Shown: positions 1-11,518 of the stretch, piece by piece | Numbering within the stretch: the first letter of the stretch is position 1 | Layout of the letters: each line of letters opens with the position of its first letter | Origin: an uncultured Candidatus Saccharibacteria bacterium | Lineage (GTDB): Bacteria > Patescibacteriota > Minisyncoccia > UBA9983 | Direction of reading: 5' to 3' | Assembly: GCA_964456855.1 (NCBI GenBank) | Contig: CAYWCU010000001.1 | Coordinates: 8,442-72,441, forward strand | DNA: 64,000 nucleotides | Position numbers and translations under genes: made by a program | Notes under the pieces: generated by a model | What the model saw: the letters and a program-made list of their open reading frames with translations, nothing else | What the model was told of the DNA's origin: nothing | Database searches by the model: none

Positions 1-102
1 GTAACTGCAAAGAGCCTCGCCGTTAAGTCAGCGGGCTCTCTTCCGGTGCCTTTATTATACACTAAATTCGTTTTTTAAGGAAAAGTGAGATGTGGAAAAG
101 GA

Positions 103-345
103 CTATTCCCCTGTCTTTATCATATATGTATCCTTGAGCCGGTAGCCGAGTTTTTTGTAATAGCCGCGAACTCCGACTCCTGAAATGACCGCCATTTTTT
201 TAAATCCCGCTTTTCGGGCGATTTTCTCCGCCTCGCCGACAAGTGATTTGCCCATCCCCATGTGCTGGCTCTGTTCTCCTTTTTGAGAGATAGACGCCAA
301 GCGACCGTAGGTGTGAAGCTCTCTTATTAAGGCGCTGTTTTTCAA
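103..345 (-). pseudogene. Elp3-like GNAT acetyltransferase C-terminal fragment (80 aa remnant, no radical-SAM part)
   Basis: Translation IRELHTYG...QHMGMGKSLVGEAEKIARKAGFKKMAVISGVGVRGYYKKLGYRL matches the conserved C-terminus of Elp3-family radical-SAM/GNAT proteins. Only 140 nt separate it from the next gene, so the ~400 aa N-terminal part cannot be present. Confidence 0.5.
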
Positions 346-485
346 AAGATTTCAAAACAAATTCTGATGGAATTTAAGGAGTACTGCCCGATTCAAAAAT
401 TATCGGAATGACGCGATTACTCGCTGTTCCGCCTAAACTAAAAAGGCTCTGGTGAATTTAATTCTCCGGAGCCTTTGTTTTGGAT

Positions 486-1199
486 TTATCCACTCTGTTT
501 CTGTTCTGTTGAATAGAACAGAATTTTTTTCATAATTTCTCCGTTTGAAGCGAACAACTCGGTAACCGTTTCCCAGTATACCGATTCTTCATCCGTGCCT
601 CGCTCTTTCACTTTTTTGTATAATTTGGAAATGCGCCGACCCAAACCGTCAACAATTTCCATGGAACTTTCCAGTCGGCAATCGACCATAATTTTGATGG
701 CTGAAAAGATATAGCCATCATCAAAATACGGACCCTGCACCAATTCTGCCATGAAATGAAAGAGTTCATCGCATGGCTTAATCGCCTGGATATTCGCCAT
801 ACAGGCATACAAGAGCTCGGGGTGTTCCCCCGCCAAAAGCTCCAACAACCCGTCCAATGCCTCAACGGCACCGATATAACCGAGCAAGTAAATCAAATCG
901 CCGGCGATTTGATTTACTTGCTCGGTGTTGGCTTCTTGGGCACATTTGCGAAGCGCGAGTCCTATCGCCTTGCGATATAACTCCTTTTCGCGTTCGCGGA
1001 CATAACGACGGTAACTGACCGCCAGCACCTCCACCGGTGACTCCATGCCGTTTGTTATCATAAAATGGTACAGTTCCCTTTGATTTTTCTTGCCGTTTGA
1101 CGGTCGCTGCCGATGTAAATCGCCAAGCGACTTCCATAACCATTCGGCAAATTGCTCCTTATTCTTTAATCCAGTTAACTCTTCAATGAATTCTGACAT
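486..1199 (-). CDS. hypothetical protein (237 aa, alpha-helical repeat-like)
   Basis: Long ORF with an ATG start; no recognisable motif. Confidence 0.45.
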   Translation of the reverse strand: MSEFIEELTGLKNKEQFAEWLWKSLGDLHRQRPSNGKKNQRELYHFMITNGMESPVEVLAVSYRRYVREREKELYRKAIGLALRKCAQEANTEQVNQIAGDLIYLLGYIGAVEALDGLLELLAGEHPELLYACMANIQAIKPCDELFHFMAELVQGPYFDDGYIFSAIKIMVDCRLESSMEIVDGLGRRISKLYKKVKERGTDEESVYWETVTELFASNGEIMKKILFYSTEQKQSG

Positions 1200-1291
1200 A
1201 ACAACCTCCCTCGCGCCTTATTTGGCGCGGTATATACATTGTAAAAGTGCCAAGTATGCTTAAAAACTAAAGGATAGCGGCGCGAAAGTCA

Positions 1292-2029
1292 ATGCGCGCT
1301 TTTGCTTTAAACATTTTTTCATATTATTATTTGAAGATGGACAAGGAACCAAACCATAAAATAATTGCTCGCGCGCAAACCGCGGATGAAGAATTTGACT
1401 ATCTTGCGCGGATTTTTGGAAGAATGGGTTTTTATAACGAGCATGGATACAAAGTTGCGATTCCGGAACATCCGTTCTTTGTAAATATTTCAAACAATCT
1501 TGATTTACTTAAATCACTGGACATGGGCGAGGCAAGAGAGATATTCAAGAGAGAAGTATATAATTTGAATTATTTTAAAAATGGATTGCGCGCCATAAAC
1601 GAAAATATTAGTTTGGCGAAAAACGCCCTAGAAAGAACGGTGGGGTGGGCAGATTGGGGTTTCAGACTTTTTCCTGATTACAAGGTCAGGTTAACTGCTT
1701 ATGGACCGGGTGGGTCATATGATTACATGAATGGCAATATCATTATGAAGACAACGCCGGGCTGTAAATTTAAACGCGCCCCCTTACACACCATGGTTCA
1801 CGAAATTATTCATATTGGGATTGAAGAATCCATTATAAAAAAGTCTAAACTAACTCATACCGAAAAGGAGGGACTTGTGGACGCAATTTGCGTAAATTGT
1901 TTTGGAGATATATTGACCGATTACCAAGTGCAAAAACGAGGAGATAAAAATGTCTTTAATCTCGCTTCCCAGAATAACATCATGAATCTCCCGCGAGTTA
2001 TCGCGGAATATAAAAAACAACAAGTTTAA
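1292..2029 (+). CDS. hypothetical protein with HExxH motif (HEIIH), possible zinc-metallopeptidase-like
   Basis: ORF contains TMVHEIIHIG; an alternative start at MDKEPNHK (1337) is possible. Confidence 0.45.
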   Translation: MRAFALNIFSYYYLKMDKEPNHKIIARAQTADEEFDYLARIFGRMGFYNEHGYKVAIPEHPFFVNISNNLDLLKSLDMGEAREIFKREVYNLNYFKNGLRAINENISLAKNALERTVGWADWGFRLFPDYKVRLTAYGPGGSYDYMNGNIIMKTTPGCKFKRAPLHTMVHEIIHIGIEESIIKKSKLTHTEKEGLVDAICVNCFGDILTDYQVQKRGDKNVFNLASQNNIMNLPRVIAEYKKQQV

Positions 2030-2045
2030 ATCACTATAGCCCTAT

Positions 2046-2522
2046 ATGAATATTAAAAACCTGAAACAGTTTCGCGAGTTGTTAATTGAAAATAAAAAAT
2101 CAATTTCCGGCTTGGAATACACAAAAAATAATTACGGCAATACTGGCAACTTGATTAAAGAAAGTTTGCCAACCATTACGACCGATTTTTGCGAAATTGG
2201 ATTATATAACGGCGAAATCTATTTTGTTTTTATAATAGATCCGAAAACATTCAACTTGGGGTTCTTTGATAAAATAAAAAACATACCTAATATGAAAATG
2301 TACGGATTCACGGATTTTAATAAAATTTTATATCCCGCGAATAATTTTGATTCTGACGCTTTTATTAAACAAATTCAAAAAGACAAGTATCTCCAAATTC
2401 AATTTGATTTCAAAAATATTGATGCGTTAGCTTTGTTTAAAGAATATTCCGGCTTGGTGAATATTTTTAAAAAAAGCAAAGTCGCGGTTGTTAACCAGTT
2501 GAAGATTGATTTAACTGGTTAA
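2046..2522 (+). CDS. hypothetical protein
   Basis: 158 aa ORF with an ATG start. Confidence 0.4.
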   Translation: MNIKNLKQFRELLIENKKSISGLEYTKNNYGNTGNLIKESLPTITTDFCEIGLYNGEIYFVFIIDPKTFNLGFFDKIKNIPNMKMYGFTDFNKILYPANNFDSDAFIKQIQKDKYLQIQFDFKNIDALALFKEYSGLVNIFKKSKVAVVNQLKIDLTG

Positions 2523-2718
2523 CAACAACCGGGTTACTGGGCCGTTTTTTTATTGCCGTAAAAACAATTACGCCTTCCTTTTTTTCAAATGGATACCCTT
2601 GCTCTAAATACTTTTTTGCATTATCCTTTAAGCAAGTCGATATTAAAAAATAATCCGTTTATTTCGCGTCCAATTGCTAATTGATTTGAACGGTTAACGC
2701 GAAAGAAATCAAAAAAAT

Positions 2719-3111
2719 ATGGAAGAAATGGGAAAATTTGAAAAAAAAGAACAACTTTCTCCTGTGGAGGAGCTGTTTAAAATAAGAAGATTTTTAATGG
2801 ATGAGGGTCCTTACCGCCTAATTAAGGAAGGTCACGAAATAAAAAATGATCTCAATTACTGCGAAGAAACACTGAAGGATTATTTGGATTCATTGGATTT
2901 GTCATGGATGACGGAAGCGGACATAAACTTGATTAGAAAGCCGGCGGATAAATGGAAAGAGATAATGGAAAAACGAGAAAAGGGAAACGGACACGGCGAA
3001 CAACCCAAAATGATGAAAAAACAAATTGATGACTTTTTGAGGGATCCTTATTACACGATAAACTTGCTTGAAAAATTAAAGCAGCTGAGAAACAGCGATT
3101 TGAGCAAATAA
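2719..3111 (+). CDS. hypothetical protein
   Basis: 130 aa ORF with an ATG start; charged and helical. Confidence 0.4.
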   Translation: MEEMGKFEKKEQLSPVEELFKIRRFLMDEGPYRLIKEGHEIKNDLNYCEETLKDYLDSLDLSWMTEADINLIRKPADKWKEIMEKREKGNGHGEQPKMMKKQIDDFLRDPYYTINLLEKLKQLRNSDLSK

Positions 3112-3537
3112 ACTTGCGCGCCCCCGAATGGCGCGCAAAGATTAAATAAGAAATTTTCACTCAGGCAAGGTCAATATAATTTACTGAATTTAACATAAAA
3201 ACATGGAAAATAATGCTGAGAAAAGGGAAGCAACAGAAGAAGAAAAAAGGAAGCCCTTGACGAACTAATGAGGGCAATGGATGATCAAGTAAATTTCTGA
3301 TTTTGGGCAAAAATGGCGGGTGAAATGCCGGAAAAGGAACGCGAGGAAAAACTTGAAGAAGCCCTTGACCGCACCGATAAAGCTACCGGTAAATGTTTAC
3401 GATTGGGCATAACAAAAAAAGATGCCGAAAAATACCGCAGTGAATGGGTGAAAAGAGAAGAAGAGGAAGAAGAAACAGAAGAATAATAAACCTCCTGCAT
3501 CATTCAGTTGGACGCAATATGCGCTTTAACCGGTATT

Positions 3538-4839
3538 TTATTGTAATTTTTTAATCAATCTTCTAAATTGGTCGCCCCGGTCAAATTCGTTTTTAAAAAG
3601 ATTAAAACTTGCCGCGCCCGGCGAAAGCAAAATAACATCTCCCCGCTTCGCCAAACTCTTCGCCTTCGCGACCGCGTCTTTCATGTCCCGCGCCATGTGC
3701 ATCACCGAGTCATGCACATTTTCTTTGAGAATTTTGTCCGTCGCGGTTCCGGGAAGCAGTATCAACGCTTTCGTAGCTTTACGCGCCTCTTTAATAAAAT
3801 TTTTGTAATCCAGTTTTTTATTAACTCCTCCGGCGATTAAAATTATTTTGCCCTTGTGCTGTCTTAATGAGTTCAAGGCGTAAACAGCCGCCTCGGGCAT
3901 CGTCGCCGCAGAATCGTTGATATATTTTACGCCGCCCTTCTCGCCGACAAGCTCCATCCGGTGCGGAACGCCTTTGAAATTTTTTAAAGTTTTTTCAATT
4001 GTCTTTTTTGAGACGCCAGCAAGTTTGGCAACCGCGACAGCGGCGGCGTATTTGCTTTCTTTCTCGGAAAACCAAGTTACCTTCGCTTTCGCCTTTTGGG
4101 CGAATTTTTTCAATCCCCTGTCATCCTTGTTAAGAATCAACGAGTCGCCTTCTTTTTGGAATCTGAAAATGTTTTTCTTGTCGCCGTAATATTCCCGCAA
4201 GTTCTTATATTTGTCCATATGCTCTGGCATCAAATTCGTAATAATGGCAATTTGCGGGCTCCTCCTTATTGTTTTGAATTCTTGCAGAAGCCAGCTGGAA
4301 AGTTCAGCGACGACTATCGTGTCTTTCTTAATCTTGTTTAAAATCGCAAGCGGGGATTTTCCGATGTTTCCGCACAACACCGCGTCTTTTCCGGCATTTT
4401 TCAAAATTTCATAAACAAGCGTGGCGGTGACGCTCTTCCCTTTCGTGCCGGTTATCCCGACGAGTAAATTGTCGGAGCGTTCCTCAAAAAAAATCGTCCA
4501 GTCGTTTATAATCGGAATTTTATTTTCGCGCGCAATTTTCAAATATGGCGAGTTTTTGGGCACGGCGGGGTTTTTGAATATGAAGTCCGCGTCTTTAAAA
4601 TCTTTTTTTCTGTGCCTGCCAAAGACATATTTAATTTGCCCCGGCGCGCGAAACTTGTCCAATCTTTTTAGCTGACCTTCAAGTTCGTTCCCCTTTCTTA
4701 GGTCGGTAATCAAAAGATTCGCGCCGTGGCGCAGAAAAAACAGAGCGGCAGAAATCCCGCTTCCATCGCTATAAGAACCAAGCCCCATAATGATGATTTT
4801 CTTGTTTTTAAAGGTTTCTGACATAAGAGCCAAACACAT
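3538..4839 (-). CDS. murD: UDP-N-acetylmuramoyl-L-alanine--D-glutamate ligase MurD
   Basis: N-terminal Rossmann motif IIIMGLGSYSDGSG and Mur-ligase P-loop GITGTKGKSVTATL; a second in-frame ATG at 4824 is an alternative start. Confidence 0.85.
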   Translation of the reverse strand: MCLALMSETFKNKKIIIMGLGSYSDGSGISAALFFLRHGANLLITDLRKGNELEGQLKRLDKFRAPGQIKYVFGRHRKKDFKDADFIFKNPAVPKNSPYLKIARENKIPIINDWTIFFEERSDNLLVGITGTKGKSVTATLVYEILKNAGKDAVLCGNIGKSPLAILNKIKKDTIVVAELSSWLLQEFKTIRRSPQIAIITNLMPEHMDKYKNLREYYGDKKNIFRFQKEGDSLILNKDDRGLKKFAQKAKAKVTWFSEKESKYAAAVAVAKLAGVSKKTIEKTLKNFKGVPHRMELVGEKGGVKYINDSAATMPEAAVYALNSLRQHKGKIILIAGGVNKKLDYKNFIKEARKATKALILLPGTATDKILKENVHDSVMHMARDMKDAVAKAKSLAKRGDVILLSPGAASFNLFKNEFDRGDQFRRLIKKLQ

Positions 4840-5683
4840 CCATCAATTTTTGGGTATTTTCGCCAACTTTGCCGTTGCTCACCTTTTTTCCGTCAATATC
4901 CACCACGGGAAGAATATCCTTATTGCTCGCGGTGATAAAAGCCTCGTCGGCGGAGCGCAATTCACTCTTCTTGATTTCTCTCTCCTGGACTTTAAAATCT
5001 TTCCGCGCCAGCTTGAGAACCAAATTTCTGGTGGTGCCGAGCAAAATATCTTTCTTCGGGGTGATTAAAGTCGCGCCCTTTCCGCCGGAGGCGGATCCGC
5101 CTCCTGCGGAGAAAATGAAAAAGTTGCTCGTTGAACATTCCAAAACGCGTCCACTGTCAGTGTAAAGAATTTCAAACGCTTTTTTCTTTCTTAGCTCTGA
5201 ATTGTAAAGCCGAACGGCGGAGATGTAATTCAATGTCTTCGCCCTCGGTATTTCCCGCCTGTGTTCAAGGGTAATAAGTTTGACCCCACCTTTATACAAT
5301 CTGGCCGGCGGTTTTTTTGACTCCTCAATTAAGATGAAAAAGGTGGGGGAAGAAGAATCAAAGCCCATGCCGTTTTTCATTTCTCCACCGGTCAAAACAA
5401 TCCGCGCGTTTGATTCATTGAAGCCATTTTTCGCAATAAGTTTGTCTATAATTTTTCTCAACTCCGTATCGCTGACGGACAATTTAAAATTGAAGAGTTT
5501 CGCAGAGTTCTTAAATCTTTCAATGTGCTCATCGTATAAAAACGGCTTTCCGTTAATCGTCCTGAAAAAATCAAAGACTCCATACCCGCGCAAAAGCCCT
5601 ATATCCCTCGGGCTGATACGCGCCCTCTCAAGAGGAATTATTTCCCCGTTAAAATAACAATATTGTTTTCGTGCTTTGTTCAT
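4808..5683 (-). CDS. class IV PLP-dependent aminotransferase (branched-chain or D-amino-acid aminotransferase)
   Basis: Typical fold-type IV sequence (RGYGVFDFFRT..., ...IVLTGGE...). The first ATG is at 5683 (cat at 5681-5683). The gene overlaps the murD start. Confidence 0.8.
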   Translation of the reverse strand: MNKARKQYCYFNGEIIPLERARISPRDIGLLRGYGVFDFFRTINGKPFLYDEHIERFKNSAKLFNFKLSVSDTELRKIIDKLIAKNGFNESNARIVLTGGEMKNGMGFDSSSPTFFILIEESKKPPARLYKGGVKLITLEHRREIPRAKTLNYISAVRLYNSELRKKKAFEILYTDSGRVLECSTSNFFIFSAGGGSASGGKGATLITPKKDILLGTTRNLVLKLARKDFKVQEREIKKSELRSADEAFITASNKDILPVVDIDGKKVSNGKVGENTQKLMDVFGSYVRNL

Positions 5684-5800
5684 TGTTCTAATTATACCAA
5701 AAAAAACCGGGGCGCGCACCCGTCGGAAGCGTGGATTGCAAAATATAACGGGACCTGATATGAATACAATAAGAGCACGGAGAAAAATCAAAAAAAGGGG

Positions 5801-6043
5801 GTGGCTATGGTCATAACCATAAACACTAAAAAAACACCGCGGGAATTTACAATAAACACCGAAACTCCCGTGCCGATTGAGGAAATTGAAAGGGAGATAA
5901 AGGGAATAGTCTTATCCATTGACGGCAAGGTGGATATACGCAAGGGAACAATGGTTCCTCCCGGAGCCACGATGACATTCTCATCAGATTATCTTGATAA
6001 TCTGATTGACGAATATTTCAAAACCTTGCCCGGATATGGGTGA
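5801..6043 (+). CDS. hypothetical small protein (80 aa)
   Basis: ORF preceded by a G-rich SD-like GGGGGTGG. Confidence 0.3.
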   Translation: MAMVITINTKKTPREFTINTETPVPIEEIEREIKGIVLSIDGKVDIRKGTMVPPGATMTFSSDYLDNLIDEYFKTLPGYG

Positions 6044-6407
6044 GGACCGAAATCTTGCCGGTCTGGCGAGGATGATAAAAAGGATTAAAAGACCAGCAAT
6101 GAAGAGTCAAGTCAAAACGCTTGACTCTTTTTTTCATCAAGTATATACTATGATAGTACTGAATTAACGACAGAACCTTAACAGGTGAATACAGCATTCA
6201 TCGCGCTCTGGCAGTCTATATTTATATTGGCTGTTAAGAGCACTTTAATTTTGATTTATGATCTGAATCAGAATATTATTTTTTCTTTTGTTCCGTTCTA
6301 GGCCGGATGTTCGTTTTAACGAGCACTGTAGGCCGAACGTAGATTTGATGGATTTTGAAACTTGCTCATTGAGCAATTTTCAAGAAACTCAATTCTTCGT
6401 TTTTTTG

Positions 6408-7957
<1,550 letters not shown>

Positions 7958-8457
7958 TAAATCCAAATCAATTTTTTCATCTTAGGATGAAAAGTGATTA
8001 GGTCGGTTCCGCCCTATGGCGGAATTAGGTATTGGTCTTGGAGCCTTAAATTAAGACCGGAAAAACTCGCTTAAATTTCGCTTTGCGAAACACTGGGCGG
8101 GAAGGACGGAACAAAAGAAAGAATAATGTTCAATGAATTTTTAACGAAATGCAAAAAACGGACAGCTTATGCTGTCCGTTTTGGGTTTTCATCTGCCCCG
8201 CCTTTTAATGCCATTCTCCGCATGAGCATGGCCCTTTGCCACCATTCACGCCGAACCGGCCCTCAAACTTATGGCACCCATTTTCTTTTTCATGCAAACA
8301 CCTTTTTTAATGCATAATCCAGACACATTAAATTCCTGTTTGCAAAATGGCGTTTTTTTGCTATGATAAAAAAAGTTTTGGAATTCAGAAAGGTTGCCTG
8401 CCGACGCGAAACACTCGCAATTCAGAGAAAACAGGCATTGATATTCAAACAATCCTT

Positions 8458-8532
8458 GCGCGTGTAGTTCAATGGTAGAACGCTATCCTGATAAGATAGA
8501 GGTCGTAGGTTCGATTCCTACCACGCGCACCA
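8458..8532 (+). tRNA. tRNA-Ile (anticodon GAT), CCA encoded
   Basis: Cloverleaf readable by eye: acceptor gcgcgtg/cacgcgc, anticodon loop ctGATaa, T-arm gtaggttcgattcctac, 3-prime ACCA. Confidence 0.85.
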
Positions 8533-9590
8533 TGAACTTTCAAGATTTATTACAATTTAAGATGTTTGGCAACACAGGCAAAGATTATCTTCTCGCTTTG
8601 GCTATTTTGATTGGCGCATTGATTCTTCTGAAAATTTTCCGCGAAATTATCTTAAGCCGACTCAAAAAAGTGGCGGAAAAAACAAAGACCGACTTGGACG
8701 ATATTTTAGTAAAAATCGTCCATGACATAACCCCTCCTTTTTACCTTATCATTTCCATATACGCCACGTTGAAGTTTTTAAAAATGCCCGGCCTGGCGGA
8801 GAGAATCGTGGACGGCATATTTGTTTTAGTGATTGTTTTTCAGGCGGTCGTGGCACTGCAAATTTTTATTGATTACTGGACGCAAAAACTGGTTGAGAAA
8901 AGAATACAAAAAGATGAAACCAAAAATAAAGCGGCGCTGAAAAGCATTGGTTCGGCGCTTAAATTTTTGCTCTGGTTATTAGCCACCCTTGTTGTGCTTT
9001 CCAGTTGGGGCATAAATATCACTTCTTTGATTGCGGGACTGGGCATTGGCGGAATAGCCGTGGCTTTCGCCTTGCAAAACATCTTGAGCGACATATTCAG
9101 CTCCTTTTCCATTTTCTTTGACAAACCTTTTCAAGTCGGGGATTTCATAATTGTCGGCTCGGACATGGGGACAGTGGAAAAAATAGGGCTTAAAAGCACC
9201 CGCTTGAGAACGCTTCAAGGGCAAGAAATGATTATTTCCAACAAAGAACTCACGGAGGCGCGTGTCAACAACTATAAGAAAATGGAGAGCCGAAGAATTG
9301 TTTTCGGTTTTGGGGTGCTTTACGAAACGCCCACGAAAAAACTGAAAAAAATTCCGGAAATGGTGACGGATATCATATCCAAAGAAGAACTGGCGAAACT
9401 GGACAGGATTCATTTCAAAGAATTTGGCGACTTCAGCCTGAATTTTGAAGTTGTTTATTATGTTTCCACGCCGGACTACAACGACTATATGAACACCCAG
9501 CAATCAATAAATTTCGCGATTAAGGAAGCATTTGAGAAGGAGGGCATAGAATTCGCCTACCCCACCCAAACGGTTTTCGTCAAAAAATAA
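8532..9590 (+). CDS. mechanosensitive ion channel, MscS family
   Basis: N-terminal TM helices, then the MscS signature ...FDKPFQVGDFIIVGSDMGTVEKIGLKSTRLRTLQGQEMIISNKEL. The ATG overlaps the tRNA CCA end. Confidence 0.8.
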   Translation: MNFQDLLQFKMFGNTGKDYLLALAILIGALILLKIFREIILSRLKKVAEKTKTDLDDILVKIVHDITPPFYLIISIYATLKFLKMPGLAERIVDGIFVLVIVFQAVVALQIFIDYWTQKLVEKRIQKDETKNKAALKSIGSALKFLLWLLATLVVLSSWGINITSLIAGLGIGGIAVAFALQNILSDIFSSFSIFFDKPFQVGDFIIVGSDMGTVEKIGLKSTRLRTLQGQEMIISNKELTEARVNNYKKMESRRIVFGFGVLYETPTKKLKKIPEMVTDIISKEELAKLDRIHFKEFGDFSLNFEVVYYVSTPDYNDYMNTQQSINFAIKEAFEKEGIEFAYPTQTVFVKK

Positions 9591-9619
9591 AGTTTCTTCT
9601 CTTTTCATAAAAACTAAAA

Positions 9620-9646
9620 AACCACCAAAGGAGGCCTTTGGTGGTT
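9620..9646. terminator. bidirectional rho-independent terminator hairpin
   Basis: aaccaccaaagg-aggc-cctttggtggtt followed by a T-run; lies between the convergent MscS and HAD genes. Confidence 0.5.
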
Positions 9647-9659
9647 TGTTCTTTATTTG

Positions 9660-10289
9660 TTACAGGAGGAAAAGTTTCCCCGGATTTTTGAACTTATAAT
9701 CCGGATTAAGCGAGAGCAGTTTCTCCCACTTATAAATCCCCCATCCAACAATCCCCGTCTTGATACCGGCATTTTTTCCGGCCATCACATCGGCGTCCGA
9801 GTCGCCAATTATGACTGCATCGGCGTAATTGGCGTCCATTTTTCTGATAATCAAATGGATGCCTTCCGGATCCGGCTTTATCCTCTTACCAATATCGTCA
9901 GAACCGAAAATCGGTCCGGAAAAATATCTCCTCAAGCCGCCAAGGGATTCATATATGGAATCATGACTGCTTGAAGATAAGAGCGCCAGCTCATGCCTTC
10001 CCGACAGCTCCTTTAAGAGCTTCGGCACCCACGGGAAAATCCGCGTGTGCTTGTCGTAGTGGGCGTGGAAAATCTCGTCCACTACACCATATTCCTCCCT
10101 GGTGAAAACCCCGATGGCCTCAAGATTTTTCATAAAATCCAGGTTATACCACTCCCTGAATTCCTTGAGGTTTTTAAAAAAATCATCCGGGCCTTTCCCT
10201 TTATAGGCGATTAGGGCCCTGTACCCCTCCAACAGGCCTTTCCACGGAATACTTCTCAGCACCCCGTCAAAATCAAGAATTATCAGCAT
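9660..10289 (-). CDS. HAD-superfamily hydrolase (phosphatase-like)
   Basis: Motif I ILDFDGVL and motif IV IGDSDADVMAGKNAGIKTGIV. Confidence 0.75.
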   Translation of the reverse strand: MLIILDFDGVLRSIPWKGLLEGYRALIAYKGKGPDDFFKNLKEFREWYNLDFMKNLEAIGVFTREEYGVVDEIFHAHYDKHTRIFPWVPKLLKELSGRHELALLSSSSHDSIYESLGGLRRYFSGPIFGSDDIGKRIKPDPEGIHLIIRKMDANYADAVIIGDSDADVMAGKNAGIKTGIVGWGIYKWEKLLSLNPDYKFKNPGKLFLL

Positions 10290-10434
10290 TCATCCCTCCT
10301 TATACTTATATATGTATTTTGTTAATTTACATCCTCTGTTTTTATACTACCCAACCCCAAAATAAAAGCAAGGCGGAAAGGCGTTTAAACCCCTTTCCGC
10401 CTTGCTAAAGTAAATCGGGTTGATTTCGCGAATA

Positions 10435-11427
10435 TCACCCGCGAATAAAGAGGCTTCCTATTCCCGCCAATATCCCCAACAATAAGACGAGCGTCAGCCA
10501 TTCGTTGGCGCCACGAACCGTATCGGAAACGGCGCTTACCACGCTTGCCGTTTGCTCCATTTCATAGCTTGAGGAGGGGTCAGTTTCAGCAATTTCTTCT
10601 TTGTCTACCGATTCGGGAACGACCGCCCCACCTGTTGAAACCTCATCATCGTATTTAACAACGGCTTCGTCTTTTTTCTCATCCACTTCCTTTTTAACAA
10701 CTTGTTTGGCTTTTGTTTCACTCTCTTTTTCCAATTCTCGCGCGACCGGTTTATTTTTCGCAAGGTCGAACTTTGTTTCAATGGGAACGGCCTTCGGCTC
10801 AGGTTCCGCCTTCGGCTTTTCCTGAATAATCGGCTTGTCAGAGACGGGCGTTTTAAGGATATCCTCATCTGTTTGATTCGGCTGTTTCAAATCTTCCGAG
10901 GCGGAATCGTTCTCTGTGACCAAAGAAAGTCCGGCGTTCAAAGCCTTCGGAGTGGGCGTCGCCGTAATCCACAAAACTCCGTTCCACTGCATTGTTTCTT
11001 TGCTTTCGTTATTTCCCGCCGGCCACCCGTTTTGGGCGTCTATTTTTTGAATTTCATTTCCCGACGCATTCTTCAATATCAATATTGACCCGGTGTTTTT
11101 CAGCCCCTTTCTCCCGAAAGACACCGCGACATCCGCGGCGACATTCGGAACGGAATCGTCATTGGTTCTTTCAATCAGATAATATCCGCCGGGAGATATC
11201 TCGCCTTTTAGGTCGATTTCCTTGCTCCCGACAATCTCCATAATCCAATCATCAAGGCTCACCGCCTGCGAAGAATTATTGTAAAGCTCCATCCATTCAT
11301 CATTGGCGTTTTGTCTCGCCGTCCCTCCGTTGTCGCTCCCCATCCAGGCGACTTCATTAATGATGACATTCGCGGAAGCGAAAAAGGGAGAAACGAGAAA
11401 AAGAAAAATTAAAAAAGCGGTTTTCAT
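10435..11427 (-). CDS. secreted lamin-tail-domain (LTD) protein with C-terminal TM anchor
   Basis: Signal peptide MKTAFLIFLFLVSPFFASA. LTD signature VIINEVAWMG...DEWMELYN. K/E/P-rich linker and a C-terminal hydrophobic helix LTLVLLLGILAGIGSLFIRG. ATG at 11427. Confidence 0.55.
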   Translation of the reverse strand: MKTAFLIFLFLVSPFFASANVIINEVAWMGSDNGGTARQNANDEWMELYNNSSQAVSLDDWIMEIVGSKEIDLKGEISPGGYYLIERTNDDSVPNVAADVAVSFGRKGLKNTGSILILKNASGNEIQKIDAQNGWPAGNNESKETMQWNGVLWITATPTPKALNAGLSLVTENDSASEDLKQPNQTDEDILKTPVSDKPIIQEKPKAEPEPKAVPIETKFDLAKNKPVARELEKESETKAKQVVKKEVDEKKDEAVVKYDDEVSTGGAVVPESVDKEEIAETDPSSSYEMEQTASVVSAVSDTVRGANEWLTLVLLLGILAGIGSLFIRG

Positions 11428-11518
11428 CTTATCTATAAGAATAACAGAATACCGCTTTATTCTCAAACAACCCGAAACAAAAAAACCGCCCCATTGATGC
11501 CGGGGCGGCGTTGGCTCT

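Noticed and set aside
3165-3486. Two short glutamate-rich ORFs (about 21 and 57 aa) possibly linked by a frameshift at an A-run
   Set aside because: They are below a reliable size, have low-complexity EEK-rich composition and no SD. They cannot be supported as genes from sequence alone.
8979-9503. 174-aa antisense ORF inside the MscS gene and similar antisense ORFs inside murD, TraG-like, LigA and GatA genes
   Set aside because: They are fully embedded antisense to strongly supported genes, with low-complexity translations and no independent signals.
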